From contig OZ024743.1 of assembly GCA_964016885.1 (NCBI GenBank), positions 242,916,001 through 242,980,000 of the forward strand: a DNA stretch of 64,000 bases, given 5' to 3'. Every line of letters begins with the position of its first letter. Positions within the stretch are counted from its first letter, which is position 1. The position numbers were made by a program, and so were the translations under genes. Under the pieces are notes generated by a model. The model was not told the DNA's origin, searched no databases, and worked only from the letters and a program-made list of their open reading frames with translations. Shown one piece after another: positions 12,401 through 24,151 of the stretch. The DNA is from Eledone cirrhosa (lineage: Eukaryota).

Positions 12401-13688
12401 CAATTCTTCCCTATCAAGAACATGTAATCTCTGCCTAGCCGAGAAATTTACAATTATATCTAATTTCAATTCTATAATAAATAGACGCACAGATTTATTT
12501 TCGCTCTGCTTGCATAAATCCCATAAAACATTCCATAAAGTATACAGCTAATATCTCAATACCTTACTAGTTTAAAATCCTTTTCTCAAAGGCTTATATA
12601 TCTTTTACAAATATACCCATCTTTCTACCTTATTTCAGTATTATATATTATATAATACAATTTACTCATTCTATGTCATTCTTCTTTATCATTTTCCTTT
12701 CTTCCTTTTTTCTTTTTTAATTTCTAATCTCTAATCTGTACTTTTTCTTCCCAACTACTTCTCAATTCATATTATTACTCACTACAACATTATCCATTCT
12801 TCCATCTTTCCTCATATTATTGGCCATAAAAACTATTTTTTTAATACATTATAATATTACCATTAGAAGTCCTTCGTAAACATAAACTTTTTGACGTTAG
12901 ATTTTTTTCTTCCTTAAATTTTTCTTATCTCTTCTATCCTTTCATGCTCGTTTTAAACCTACTACTTACTTTTACTTTTACATATTACAATACATAAAAA
13001 CAAACTTAAACCCTAACTAATTTCTTTTTAATATATTATAATATTACCATTAGAAAATATTTCGTAAACATATATACTTTTTGATGTTAGATATTTTCTT
13101 CCTTAAACATTCTTTTTTCTTCTCTCCTTCTACACTCATTTTAAACATACTATTTACGTATACATATTACAATACATAAAAACAAACTTAAACCCTAACA
13201 AATGCCCCTAAATTCATAACTCATCTATTCCTCTCCTTCTTTTCACATTATATCCTTAATATCATTAATATTTTTATTTTAATAATACATATTAATAAAT
13301 TCTTTTCTTCGCACATATTATTAAACCCTTCAATATACAAACCTTAATTTAATACTATTCTTAATTCCTTTTTCTTCATGCATAAACCTCATTAACTTTT
13401 AATTTCAAAATCTTTTAAATTATCTATTATCTTCCAACGGCTTTTTAATTTCTCAGTTGTAAAGGTTATCTCTCTCTCTCTATCACCCATTTCTCCTCCT
13501 CTCTCATCCTTCTTTCTTATACTCCTCCCCCACCATCCTTTACTCTTATTTCTTCCTCTTCCTTACCTTTTCCACCCCACCCCCTCACCTTTTCCCAATC
13601 TCATACATCCATCTTGATTTATTTTTCATATGTTGATTTAACACTTCACTGTTCACAAGTGTTTTTTAAGCTTCATATCATGTCTCCC

Positions 13689-13759
13689 TATTTTATCTGA
13701 TGAGAACGCAGATATCATCCCATGATGATATTTGTTTTTGAAATGCGCATAATAAAATA
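13689..13759 (+). ncRNA. Type I hammerhead ribozyme (PLE right arm)
   Basis: TATTTTAT-CTGATGA-stem II-GAAA-TGCGCA-TA-ATAAAATA. Predicted cleavage is after A13751. Confidence 0.87.
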
Positions 13760-13879
13760 CTTGGAACTCTTTTAACCATCTTTTGATCTTATATTATTTA
13801 TACTCCAGTCCTACAAACTGCAGAGTGCTACTTATCCGATATTTGCATTGCTTTATTGTGCTACAATAAAACTCACCTC

Positions 13880-13991
<112 letters not shown>

Positions 13992-14148
13992 ACTATATCA
14001 TTTTTAAGACATTTTATGACATTATGTGCATCATGTATTCTGTCTTTTTTCATATAGCGCTGGCCTCGGGACCCCCCTGCTGGTCATTTAACCTTGTTCT
14101 GGTGACGCAGCTCGATGGAGCATGCAACTACTGATATACTCATGTTTA

Positions 14149-14198
14149 TAGGCTCTGAAGGTTCCTGCCATGGTGTATGGATGAAACACTGTTAGCTA
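14149..14198 (+). ncRNA. Degenerate hammerhead-like motif
   Basis: TAGGCT-CTGAAGG-TTCC...GGAT-GAAA-CACTG-TT-AGCTA, with one core substitution. Followed by AATAAA, a short tail and (TA)n. Confidence 0.45.
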
Positions 14199-14251
14199 AT
14201 AAAACAATGTATTTCTAAGCACTCTTTGGTTATTCCTATAACTATATATAT

Positions 14252-14325
<74 letters not shown>

Positions 14326-14332
<7 letters not shown>

Positions 14333-14605
14333 AAAAGAAATCGAAAATGCAACTGGAGTATTTTAAAGTATATTTATTTATTTCCTTTACCGGTTTCACA
14401 GTTCTTATGCTTTTCAAAAGTAGAATTAAGATGGGGGAGGGTTTGTGGTTTGTCTTAAACTACAAACCTCCATCTCAATTCTACTTTTGAAAAGCATAAG
14501 AACTGTGAAGCCGGTAAAGGAAATAAATAAATATACTTTAAAATACTCCAGTTGCATTTTCGATTTCTTTTCCTTATACTTTCACCCGTGTAGGACATCT
14601 GGGTT
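14326..14605 (+). mobile_element. Fold-back PLE-like element (~125-bp inverted arms) with decayed minimal HHR
   Basis: 14326-14451 and 14457-14578 are near-perfect reverse complements. The arms contain CTT-TTGAAAA-GCAT..TGT-GAAA-CCGG-TA-AAGG. A 27-bp unpaired tail follows. Confidence 0.7.
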
Positions 14606-14649
14606 TTTTTATATTAAAAAAAAAAAACCTGCTTTTCTTATATATATAT

Positions 14650-14714
14650 TTAATATAGAAATGGCTTCTACGGGACTAGAATTGTTTCATTCGAAGGAAA
14701 TCATCAGGAAAGCC
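14650..14714 (-). ncRNA. Hammerhead ribozyme family B copy (stem III partly decayed)
   Basis: Minus strand: GGCUUUC-CUGAUGA-UUUCCUUCGAAU-GAAA-CAAUUCUAGUCCCG-UA-GAAGCC. Confidence 0.65.
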
Positions 14715-15150
14715 CATATACTATATTTGTGGCCCTTTTTACATATGCACACAGAGTGAAATAAATTGTCCTGCTGAAAGACACGACACAACACCGGCGT
14801 AGATCGAACACACGACCGTTATGATTGTGAGCTGAACACCGTAACCTTTAAGCCACGTGCCTTCACAGTATAGAGAAATAGAAGCAAGAAAATCAGGAGG
14901 AAAGAGAGGAAAGGAGAGATAGAGCGGAAAGAGAGAATAGGAAGAAAGAATTAGAAAAGGGGAGGGGTGAGGAACAGAGAAGAGGAAGGGGGGGGGTAGA
15001 AAGGGAGAAATGGCAGGGGAGTAAACGAAAGATTGAGATGAGTAGAGAGAGAGAGAGATGAGTATAGGGAAATGGAAAAATAAGAGAGGAAGATAGATAA
15101 ACAGAGAAAGGAAAATGAAAGTAGAACAAAAAAGGAGAAAATAGAGACGT

Positions 15151-15206
<56 letters not shown>

Positions 15207-15651
15207 AATAAAGATTCAGCGAGAATCGCATTTTCGGCGGGCAGGAAAAGCGAAACGAAACGCAATTTTCTCTATTTTCTTCTCTCTCTCATACACAACT
15301 TTGTATCTCCCCCTTTCTATTTATATTTGTGGATGTGCATATATATATATAAATGCTTTCTTGACCACCTTTTCAGTTTTGTATGGCTTCTTAACACATT
15401 GTTTAGCTCTTGTTTTTAACTATTGAGCACTTTGACAGTATCATTTCTGATTTTTGCGATAGAGAAAAATAGACAGAGAGAAATTGATATTGAGAAAAGG
15501 TGAAAAAGAGAGATGAAGTGTGTAACACAGGCTACATATGTATGTGTATATATTTATGTAGGCATGAGTTAAAATTCATTGTTGTTGTTTAGCCCCAGGT
15601 CAGCCTCGAGCAAGCAGAGTTGTGATAAAAGATACTGCAACCATAACCATC

Positions 15652-15696
<45 letters not shown>

Positions 15697-16378
15697 TCCA
15701 CAAAGTATGCATATATAAAGGGCCACAAATATAGTGTATATATATATACAATTACCCAATGGTTTTATTTAACACTTTTGAGATCAACTCAACCAAAACT
15801 GGCTCTCATTCTATGAAACAAAACCACCCATTTTAAAGGATTCCATTTAAATTTAAATATTCCAACATAATTTTAAATAAGAACCATTTAAGTTACTATC
15901 TTAGTAATGAAATAACTAGTGATTTTAGTAAATCCTTCGAAATTCTTCATTAATTCATTAAAATTAAGAATATTTAAATAGAAATGTGTGAGGCAGATTT
16001 GGCTATTATTTCTAGCACAATAGGTGACTATATAGAGGCCTCCCTTATTGGCTCTTTAGCAGTGTTTGTGTGTCATTGATTGAGTGTGAAGTGTGAGTGG
16101 AGAGAAAGAGAGAGAGAGAGAAAGAAAGAGAGAGGGGAGGAGGAATAGTGTGAGGGAGGTAATCTGTAGTAATAACTAGGTCACAGCAATGATAAACTAT
16201 ACTATAGCAATAATTATTAATCCCAACTTGGCTATGCTGATGATGTACTACTAGTAATATTACTAAAACAGTCACATACATACATGGCAGGCTCTGGAGC
16301 AGTAGCAAGAGGAAGGGGAGGTAGAGGTGAAAAATGCAAGCATACACATATATACATTCATATACATACACACATATA

Positions 16379-16436
<58 letters not shown>

Positions 16437-16460
16437 CACATATACATATATTCAAATATA

Positions 16461-16503
<43 letters not shown>

Positions 16504-16784
16504 TCATATATATATATCTATACAGATATATACATATACATTCATATATACATATATATCCATATATATTTTTATATACACACACATATAAGTACATATA
16601 TATTTGCTTGTTAGTCTGTAAATGCATTTATATTTATCTGAGGAATAGAGGGGGAGAGAGCCTTTTCTTAGGATGGGGATGGGGATGGTGAGGGGTGTCG
16701 TTCTTCCCTTTTTACCAAAGAAATAAATCACATGGCTCCCCAACAGAAATTAATTATTTATCTACAGCATCAATGCAAAACTAT

Positions 16785-17185
16785 CATTACCATTACAATC
16801 ACAACCACAACCATCATCATCATCATCACAACCACCACCATCATCACCATCACAATCACCATCATCACCATCACAATCACCATCATTACCACCACAATCA
16901 CCATCATCATCATCATTACCATCATTATTACTATCGCCCTTTACGGTCTGAGTTCAAATCCCGCCGAGGTTAACTTTGCCTTTCATCCTTACGAGGTCGA
17001 TAAAATAAAGTACCAGTAATGCACTGGGATGATTGCTGGCCTTGTGCCAAAAGTAGAAATAATTATTACTATCATTACCATAATCATTACCATCACCATC
17101 ACCACCACCATCACCATCACCATCACCACCATCATCACAACCATCACAATCAAAGCCATCACCACCATAATCACCACCAATGATA
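16785..17185 (+). repeat. (CAT/CAC)n trinucleotide tract interrupted by a 5'-truncated Nin/Deu-type SINE (~16935-17060)
   Basis: Direct reading. The SINE part matches 48510-48695. Confidence 0.8.
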
Positions 17186-18192
17186 GCAATAAAATGTTGA
17201 CAAGAAAAAGTCTCCAACATCAAGTAAATTCACCTTAGGTAATTCAAAGTACCCCAGATTATTTTGACACAGAAACAGCAAAAAATACCTTCTGCCTGTT
17301 TTTTTATAGTTGTATAATAGAAATAGACCAACTTAGACTTCTCAATCTCATTATTTCAGCCACCTTTCATTGAATAGTGGCATCATCCTCTTCATCCAGA
17401 GATACTTGATGAAGAGGAAGAGAAGGCTTGGCATAGCGATGAAAGGTCCTACCCTCAAACCATAACCATCACACAACTTCTTTTGCCATAAGCCACCAGA
17501 GAAAAACTAATCAGCCTTTGTTATTAAAGGAAGATGGTGGGTTGATCACCATGATTCAGCTGATAATTGGATCAACCCTACACATGATAGCATGTTTGAT
17601 ACAACAATATAAGTACACAGAACAGTCGATATATCGACAGTCGATCGACAAGATCCCAGATCTCGTGCACTTAACAAGGGGGTGGAGCTCGTCATATCAG
17701 ACCAAGCAAACAATGTTTCCATTGGTCTTTCTAATTGTTAATACTATCTATCAGTCGCAACTCCATGCAGAAGGAGCAATGTGAAATAAAGTGTCTTGCT
17801 CAAGGACATAACACATCACCCGGTCTGGGAATCTAAGTCCCAACCTCATGATTGTGAATCCAATTCTCTAACCACTCAGCCACATGCCTTCGTATATATG
17901 AGTTTAAATACTCTGCATGTCTTCTCCCAGCTGTTATTCTTGGGTCTACAGGTACATACTGAGAGTAAACACATTCCCACAGGTCGTGCTCACCATTTTC
18001 ACCTACCTTTTGATAAATTAACTGAAGGGCAGCACCCTCACCCCCACAGCTACTTTCCTCTCCATGTGGAACTTGAAAACATCAATGAAAGTATCTGTCT
18101 CCGGTCTTTTGAGGCACATTCTTTTACTGGTTTCACTCGTTAGACAGAGACTATGGTGGGGCACAGCCGTAAATTCAATCATATCATTCTAA

Positions 18193-18403
18193 CCCTTTAG
18201 CATTTAAACCTGCCATATCCAGCCAGAATTCATTCACCTTTTTCTGTTCAAACTGGCTGCTCATACTTATGTTAAGATATTGTACTCAAAACAAATGATA
18301 TCAAAATCCTATAGATTTGATATTATGTGAGATAATTATGTGAGGTAAAGCCTTTACGATGAAAATACAATAGTATATATAGAGCAATGTAAATGCTAAA
18401 GGG
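18193..18403. mobile_element. piggyBac-like MITE
   Basis: TIRs CCCTTTAGCATTTA / TAAATGCTAAAGGG, flanked by (C)TAA and TTAA. Confidence 0.75.
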
Positions 18404-18699
18404 TTAATATGTATTTTTTATGTTTGGGACTTATATTATCACTCTCTTTTTGTCAAACCACTATGGGTTAAAGACCCACACACACACACACACTAAAGTT
18501 TCTGTGAACCAAATTTTACTCACAAAACGTTGGTCAATCTAAGCCAATATAAGACTCTTGTCCAAGGTGTCACATAGTGGGACTGAATCTGAACTCACTT
18601 GACTGCAAAACAAACTCCTTCACCATTCAGTTATGTTTGTACCTGTTACACAGTGACAGAAAACAACACATTTGTTGGAAAGGAGTATACAATTGATTG

Positions 18700-20748
18700 G
18701 ATACTCCAGTATATGGAGTGGAGACTCTAGTATGTTGAGTGGAGACTAGTATATTGAGTAAATACTCTACCATGTTGAATGGACACTCTAGTATATTGAG
18801 TGGACACTAGCTTATTAAAGGGACACTCCATTATATAGAGTGGACACTCTAGCATATTGAGTGGATGCTCTAGTATATTGAGTGGACACTCTAGTATATT
18901 GAGTGGACACTCTAGTATATTGAGTGGACACTCTAGTATATTGAGTGGACACTCTAGTATATTGAATGAACACTCTAGTATATTGAGTGGACACTAGTAT
19001 ATTGAGTGGACACTCTAGTATATTGAATGAACACTCTAGTATATTGAGTGGACACTCTAGTATATTGAGTGGACACTCTAGTATATTGAGTGGACACTCT
19101 AGTATATTGAATGAACACTCTAGTATATTGAGTGGACACTAGTATATTGAGTGGACACTCTAGTATATTGAGTGGACACTCTAGTATATTGAGTGAACAC
19201 CCTAGTATATTGAGTGGACACTCTAGTATATTGAATGAACACTCTAGTATATTGAGTGGACACTAGTATATTGAGTGGACACTCTAGTATATTGAATGAA
19301 CACTCTAGTATATTGAGTGGACACTCTAGTATATTGAGTGGACACTCTAGTATATTGAGTGGACACTCTAGTATATTGAGTGGACACTCTAGTATATTGA
19401 ATGAACACTCTAGTATATTGAGTGGACACTCTAGTATATTGAGTGGACATTCTAGTATATTGAGTGGACACTCTAGTATATTGAATGAACACTCTAGTAT
19501 ATTGAGTTAACACTCTAGTATATTGAGTGGGCACTCTAGTATATTGAGTGGACACTCTAGTATATTGAATGAACACTCTAGTATATTGAGTGGACACTCT
19601 AGTATATTGAGTGGACATTCTAGTATATTGAATGAATACTCTAGTATATTGAGTGGACACTCTAGTATATTGTGTGGACACTCTAGTATATTGAATGAAC
19701 ACTCTAGTATATTGAGTGGACACTCTAGTATATTGAATGAACACTCTAGTATATTGAGTGGACACTCTAGTATATTGAGTGGACACTCTAGTATATTGAG
19801 TGGACACTAGTATATTGAATGAACACTCTAGTATATTGAGTGGACACTCTAGTATATTGAGTGGACACTAGTATATTGAATGAACACTCTAGTATATTGA
19901 GTGGACACTCTAGTATATTGAGTGGACACTCTAGTATATTGAATGAACACTCTAGTATATTGTGTGGACACTCTAGTATATTGAATGAACACTCTAGTAT
20001 ATTGAGTGGACACTCTAGTATATTGAATGAACACTCTAGTATATTGAGTGGACACTCTAGTATATTGAGTGGACACTCTAGTATATTGAGTGGACACTAG
20101 TATATTGAGTGGACACTCTAGTATATTGAGTGGACACTAGTATATTGAGTGGACACTCTAATATATTGAGTGGACACTCTAGTATAATTGAGTGGACACT
20201 AGTATATTGAATGAACACTCTAGTATAGTGAGTGGACACTAGTATATTGAATGAACACTCTAGTATATTGAGTGGACACTCTAGTATATTGAATGAACAC
20301 TCTAGTATATTGAGTGGACACTCTAGTATATTGTGTGGACACTCTAGTATATTGAATGAACACTCTAGTATATTGAGTGGGCACTCTAGTATATTGAGTG
20401 GACACTCTAGTATATTGAATGAACACTCTAGTATATTGAGTGGACACTCTAGTATATTGAGTGGACACTCTAGTATATTGAATGAACACTCTAGTATATT
20501 GAATGGACACTCTAGTATATTGAGTGGACACTCTAGTATATTGAGTGAACACTCTAGTATATTGAGTGGACACTCTAGTATATTGAGTGGACACTAGTAT
20601 ATTGAATGAACACTCTAGTATATTGAGTGGACACTCTAGTATATTGAGTGGACACTCTAGTATATTGAATGAACACTCTAGTATATTGAGTGGACACTCT
20701 AGTATATCGAGTGGACACTAGTATATTGAGTGGACACTCTAGTATATT
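18700..20748 (+). repeat. 21-bp minisatellite, ~100 units with 19-bp variants
   Basis: Unit AGTATATTGAGTGGACACTCT with variant AGTATATTGAATGAACACTCT. Units are diverged at the left edge. Confidence 0.98.
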
Positions 20749-20835
20749 CAGTATATTAATAGACCACTGGGTAGTGCACAACAGTAAACTAGAACCTGGC
20801 TTGATCTTTTTTTTTCTTTTACAGTCCACATTAAT

Positions 20836-21240
20836 GTAGGTTTAGCTGGCCTCCTACAAGGTTGTATCTCATAGGAGGTTTCTAGGGTGTTTTAGAAAGA
20901 GACTCAAGTCCTCTCATGTTGTTACAGTTCACATCCATGTAGGATTAGCTGGCCTCATACAAGGTTGTACACCATAGGAGGTTTCTTGTGTGATAGAGGC
21001 CCCAGTCATACCATATTGTTGTTACAGCTCAGATCTATGTCGGTTTAGCTGGCCTCCTACAAAGTTGTATTTTATATGAGGTTTCTTGAGTGTTTTAATG
21101 ATAGGTGGTCCCAGTCCTATATTGAAAAGCAATATGAAATTAAGTGTTTTGCCCCAGAACATACCATGCTGCCCAGTCCACAAGTCAAATCTTATGGTCA
21201 TGAGTCCAACACCCTAACCACTAGGCCACACACCTTCACT
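20836..21240 (-). mobile_element. Three tandem ~100-bp SINE-body modules followed by a minus-strand tRNA-like SINE head
   Basis: Unit TGTAGGTTTAGCTGGCCTCCTACAAGGTTGTA...GATAGGGACCCCAGTCCTATCAT. The same module occurs at 24670-24905, 25200-25280 and 28775-28900. Confidence 0.65.
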
Positions 21241-21345
21241 GGTTTGATTTGATTGAATACAAATGATAGAGAGACAAAACTAATTACTGTAAAACATTCT
21301 AGCATTTATGCTAACTCACCACTCACCATTTTAACCAATAATAAT

Positions 21346-21378
<33 letters not shown>

Positions 21379-21944
21379 AATAATAATACTGATTAAAGCT
21401 GACGCAGTGATTTCTAGCAGTAGTTGAATTAATTGAAAACTAATCAATTTTATCACACAAAAGACACTAAAATTAGAAGGATGGGGGAGGAAATGGGGGA
21501 AACAAATGGTCAGAGAAAGGAGACAGAGATAGATAGACATAGCAACAGAATGAGAGAGGGGGAACAGAGAGAGAAAGGAAACAGAGAAGGGGAAAAGCAG
21601 AGAGTGGGAGAACAGAGAGGGACACATAGAGAGAGAAAGGAAAGGCTGGGAGGGGGAAACAGAGAGAGAAAGACAGAGAGAGTGTAAGAGAAAAGCTGAA
21701 CCATATATCTACAATGTATTTAGTTCACTCATTAAATCTTTTAAACTGAAATTTCATTTTGCAAACTGTAAAATTGTTTATAATCAGTAGACCATTGTTA
21801 TAATCTTTCTATTTCTATGTAGTTAGAAATAAATTCTAGTTTCTCTTAAACTACACAAGTAGCAGACTGATGTTTGTTATCATATAAAAAGAAAAACAAT
21901 ATATACATATATATATATACACACACATACACATACATATATGT

Positions 21945-22285
21945 ATCATCATCATCATCATCATCACCGTTTTACGTCCGTTCTTCCATGCTAGCATGGG
22001 TTAGACGGGTTGTCCTATTGTGGGCAGTGTCTGGTCGGCTGACCATGCCTTGCTCATACAGGAACTGATTTGGCTTGATTTCTACAGCTGGATGCGCTTC
22101 CTAACACCAACCTCATTTACAGTGAGTGGTGGGTGCTTTTTCGTGGCGCCTACACGTCCACTTTACAGTGTGGGCTGGGTGCTTTTTTGCCGTGGCACCT
22201 CCACGACCACCTTGCGGTGGGGGGTGTAGGGGCATATTGTCTATATGCTTCAGCTTGTACCCATGGGAGGTCGGGTACTCTGTAT

Positions 22286-22290
<5 letters not shown>
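21945..22290 (-). mobile_element. RTE 3' UTR-related retroposon fragment
   Basis: (ATC)n followed by the reverse complement of the GTTGGTGTTAGGAAG-GCATCCAGCTGTAGAAA tail motif. Confidence 0.7.
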
Positions 22291-22329
<39 letters not shown>

Positions 22330-22342
22330 TATATACACACAT

Positions 22343-22403
<61 letters not shown>

Positions 22404-22500
22404 TTTATATGTGTGTGTGTATATATATATGTGTGTAAGAGAAAAGCTGAACCATATATCTACTTGTATTTAGTTCACTCATTAAATCTCTTAAACTGAA

Positions 22501-22536
<36 letters not shown>

Positions 22537-22539
<3 letters not shown>

Positions 22540-23507
22540 GAACTCCTATACGCAGACGACCTGACACTCATAGCGGAATCAATGGCCGAGCTAGAGAAGA
22601 AATTCCAAACATGGAAGCACGGCCTAGAGTCAAAAGGACTTAAAATTAACCTGGCTAAGACCAAAGTTCTAGTTTGTAGGAAAGAAAATAAGGCGGCGGT
22701 CCCTTCTGGGAAATGGTCGTGCTTGGTGTGTAGGAAAGGCGTAGGTAGAAACTCCATTTTATGTCCTAAATGCAAAGTATGGGTGCATAAAAGATGTAGT
22801 GGGATCACAGGTAAGCTAACTAAGAACATAGATTTTACATGTGGCCGGTGCTCTGGTGCAATAAGTAGCAGCAAGTGCCCACAAAATACTAGCTCTTTCA
22901 ATTGCGCAGAGGGTTCTATAGAAATAGTGGACAGTTTCCGTTACCTGGGTGATAAAATCAGCAGTGGGGGGGGGGATGCTCTGAAAGTACAGTAGCTAGA
23001 GTCAGAACTGGTTGGAAAAAGTTCAGAGAGCTTATACCACTATTAGCTGCTAAAGGGTTCTCCCTAAAAATGAAAGGCAGGTTGTACGATGCCTGCATAC
23101 GAACAGCAATGTTGCATGGCAGTGAGACCTGGGCATTGTGTGCAGAGGATATACGCAGACTAGAGAGGAACGAAGCTTGCATGCTCCGCTGGATGTGTAA
23201 CAGTAATATACGTGAACGGCAAAGCATAAACGAACTAAGGAAAAAATTAGAAATAAGAGGGATCAGATGTTGTTTACTCGAGAGAAGGCTACGTTGGTAT
23301 GGACACGTGATGCGCATGAAAGTCGATAGCTGTATAACAAAGTGCAGGGCAATAAAGATAGACGGTAGTCACGGAATAGGCAGACCTAGAAAAACCTGGG
23401 ACGAGCTGATAAACTCCGACCTCACACACTTACACCTCTCCAAGACAATGTCACTGGACCGAGACCTTTGGCGGTACTCAGTAACAGAGAAGACCCGCCT
23501 TACCTAA
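22537..23507 (+). pseudogene. RTE reverse transcriptase C-terminal part with embedded PHD finger; one frameshift in the poly-G at ~22966-22976
   Basis: ORFs 22582-22995 and 23070-23507 join across the G run. C4HC3 motif at 22720-22851. Confidence 0.9.
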
Positions 23508-23906
23508 ATACATAGTAAAACCTACTATAGCCAGTAGGCATCTCTAACAAAATAAACCCCCCCCCCCGTCCCACCACCCCCACCCCATCCACGCCACCCC
23601 GTTCTATGTAAAGTTGTGTTGGTGCCACACCATCCAGGCCGAAACAAATGAGATCGTGTAGGTGTCACGACAAAAAAACACACAGTCCACGCTGTAATGT
23701 GGCCGTGTAGGCAACACGGTAAAAACCTCCCAGACCCACACTGTAAATGTGGTTGGTGTTAGGAAGGGCATCCAACTGTAGAAAACCTGCCAGACAGTCC
23801 TATGCGAGCAAGACAATCACTCTTGCCTCAAGTGGGACTACCCCCGTCCAAACCCATGCAAGCGTGGAACACGGACGTTAAACGTTGATGATGATGATGA
23901 TGATGA
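22537..23906 (+). mobile_element. 5'-truncated RTE-clade LINE
   Basis: RT motifs WELLYADDL, GLKINLAKTK, FRYLG, MLHGSETW, RLRWYGHVMR and GRPRKTW. Stop at 23507, then a ~400-bp 3' UTR and (GAT)n tail. Confidence 0.95.
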
Positions 23907-23946
23907 TATGTTTTGTGGTTAAATGGTGAGTCTTGTTATTATGGAG

Positions 23947-24080
23947 TTTCACCTGTAGATTCACAGGTTCATTAGACATCTGATGATCCTGTGAGTATGC
24001 AGGTGAAATATAAATGAATACCTAAACTCTACTTCAGTATTGAATACTCATTCTCACGTCTGTCAACAGTACACACTCTC
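23947..24080 (+). mobile_element. Fold-back fragment with two inverted HHR cores
   Basis: TTTCACCTGTAGATTCACAGGTTCATTAG pairs with CTGATGATCCTGTGAGTATGCAGGTGAAA. The downstream TACTTCAGTATTGAATACTC tail resembles 7752-7795 on the minus strand. Confidence 0.55.
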
Positions 24081-24102
24081 GGACACACACACACATACAT
24101 AC

Positions 24103-24151
<49 letters not shown>

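Larger units (their letters stand above)
9302..13878. mobile_element. Penelope-like retroelement, 5'-truncated, with ~1.4-kb inverted repeat arms
   Basis: Left arm 9302-10634 plus 11717-11784 is the reverse complement of right arm 12402-13794. GIY-YIG coding sequence lies between and within the arms, with one HHR per arm. The right arm has an extra ~85-bp tail containing AATAAA. Both ends abut microsatellites. Confidence 0.92.

Noticed and set aside
17350-18143. Possible plus-strand coding exons after acceptor-like sites (also 24526, 26801, 38185, 38361, 53667, and ATG|GTAAG at ~32930)
   Set aside because: No recognisable protein similarity or consistent exon chain. Such sites arise by chance in AT-rich DNA.
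19244-20829. ORFs of STQYTRV / SGHSSIL repeats
   Set aside because: They are translations of a 21-bp satellite broken by 19-bp units.
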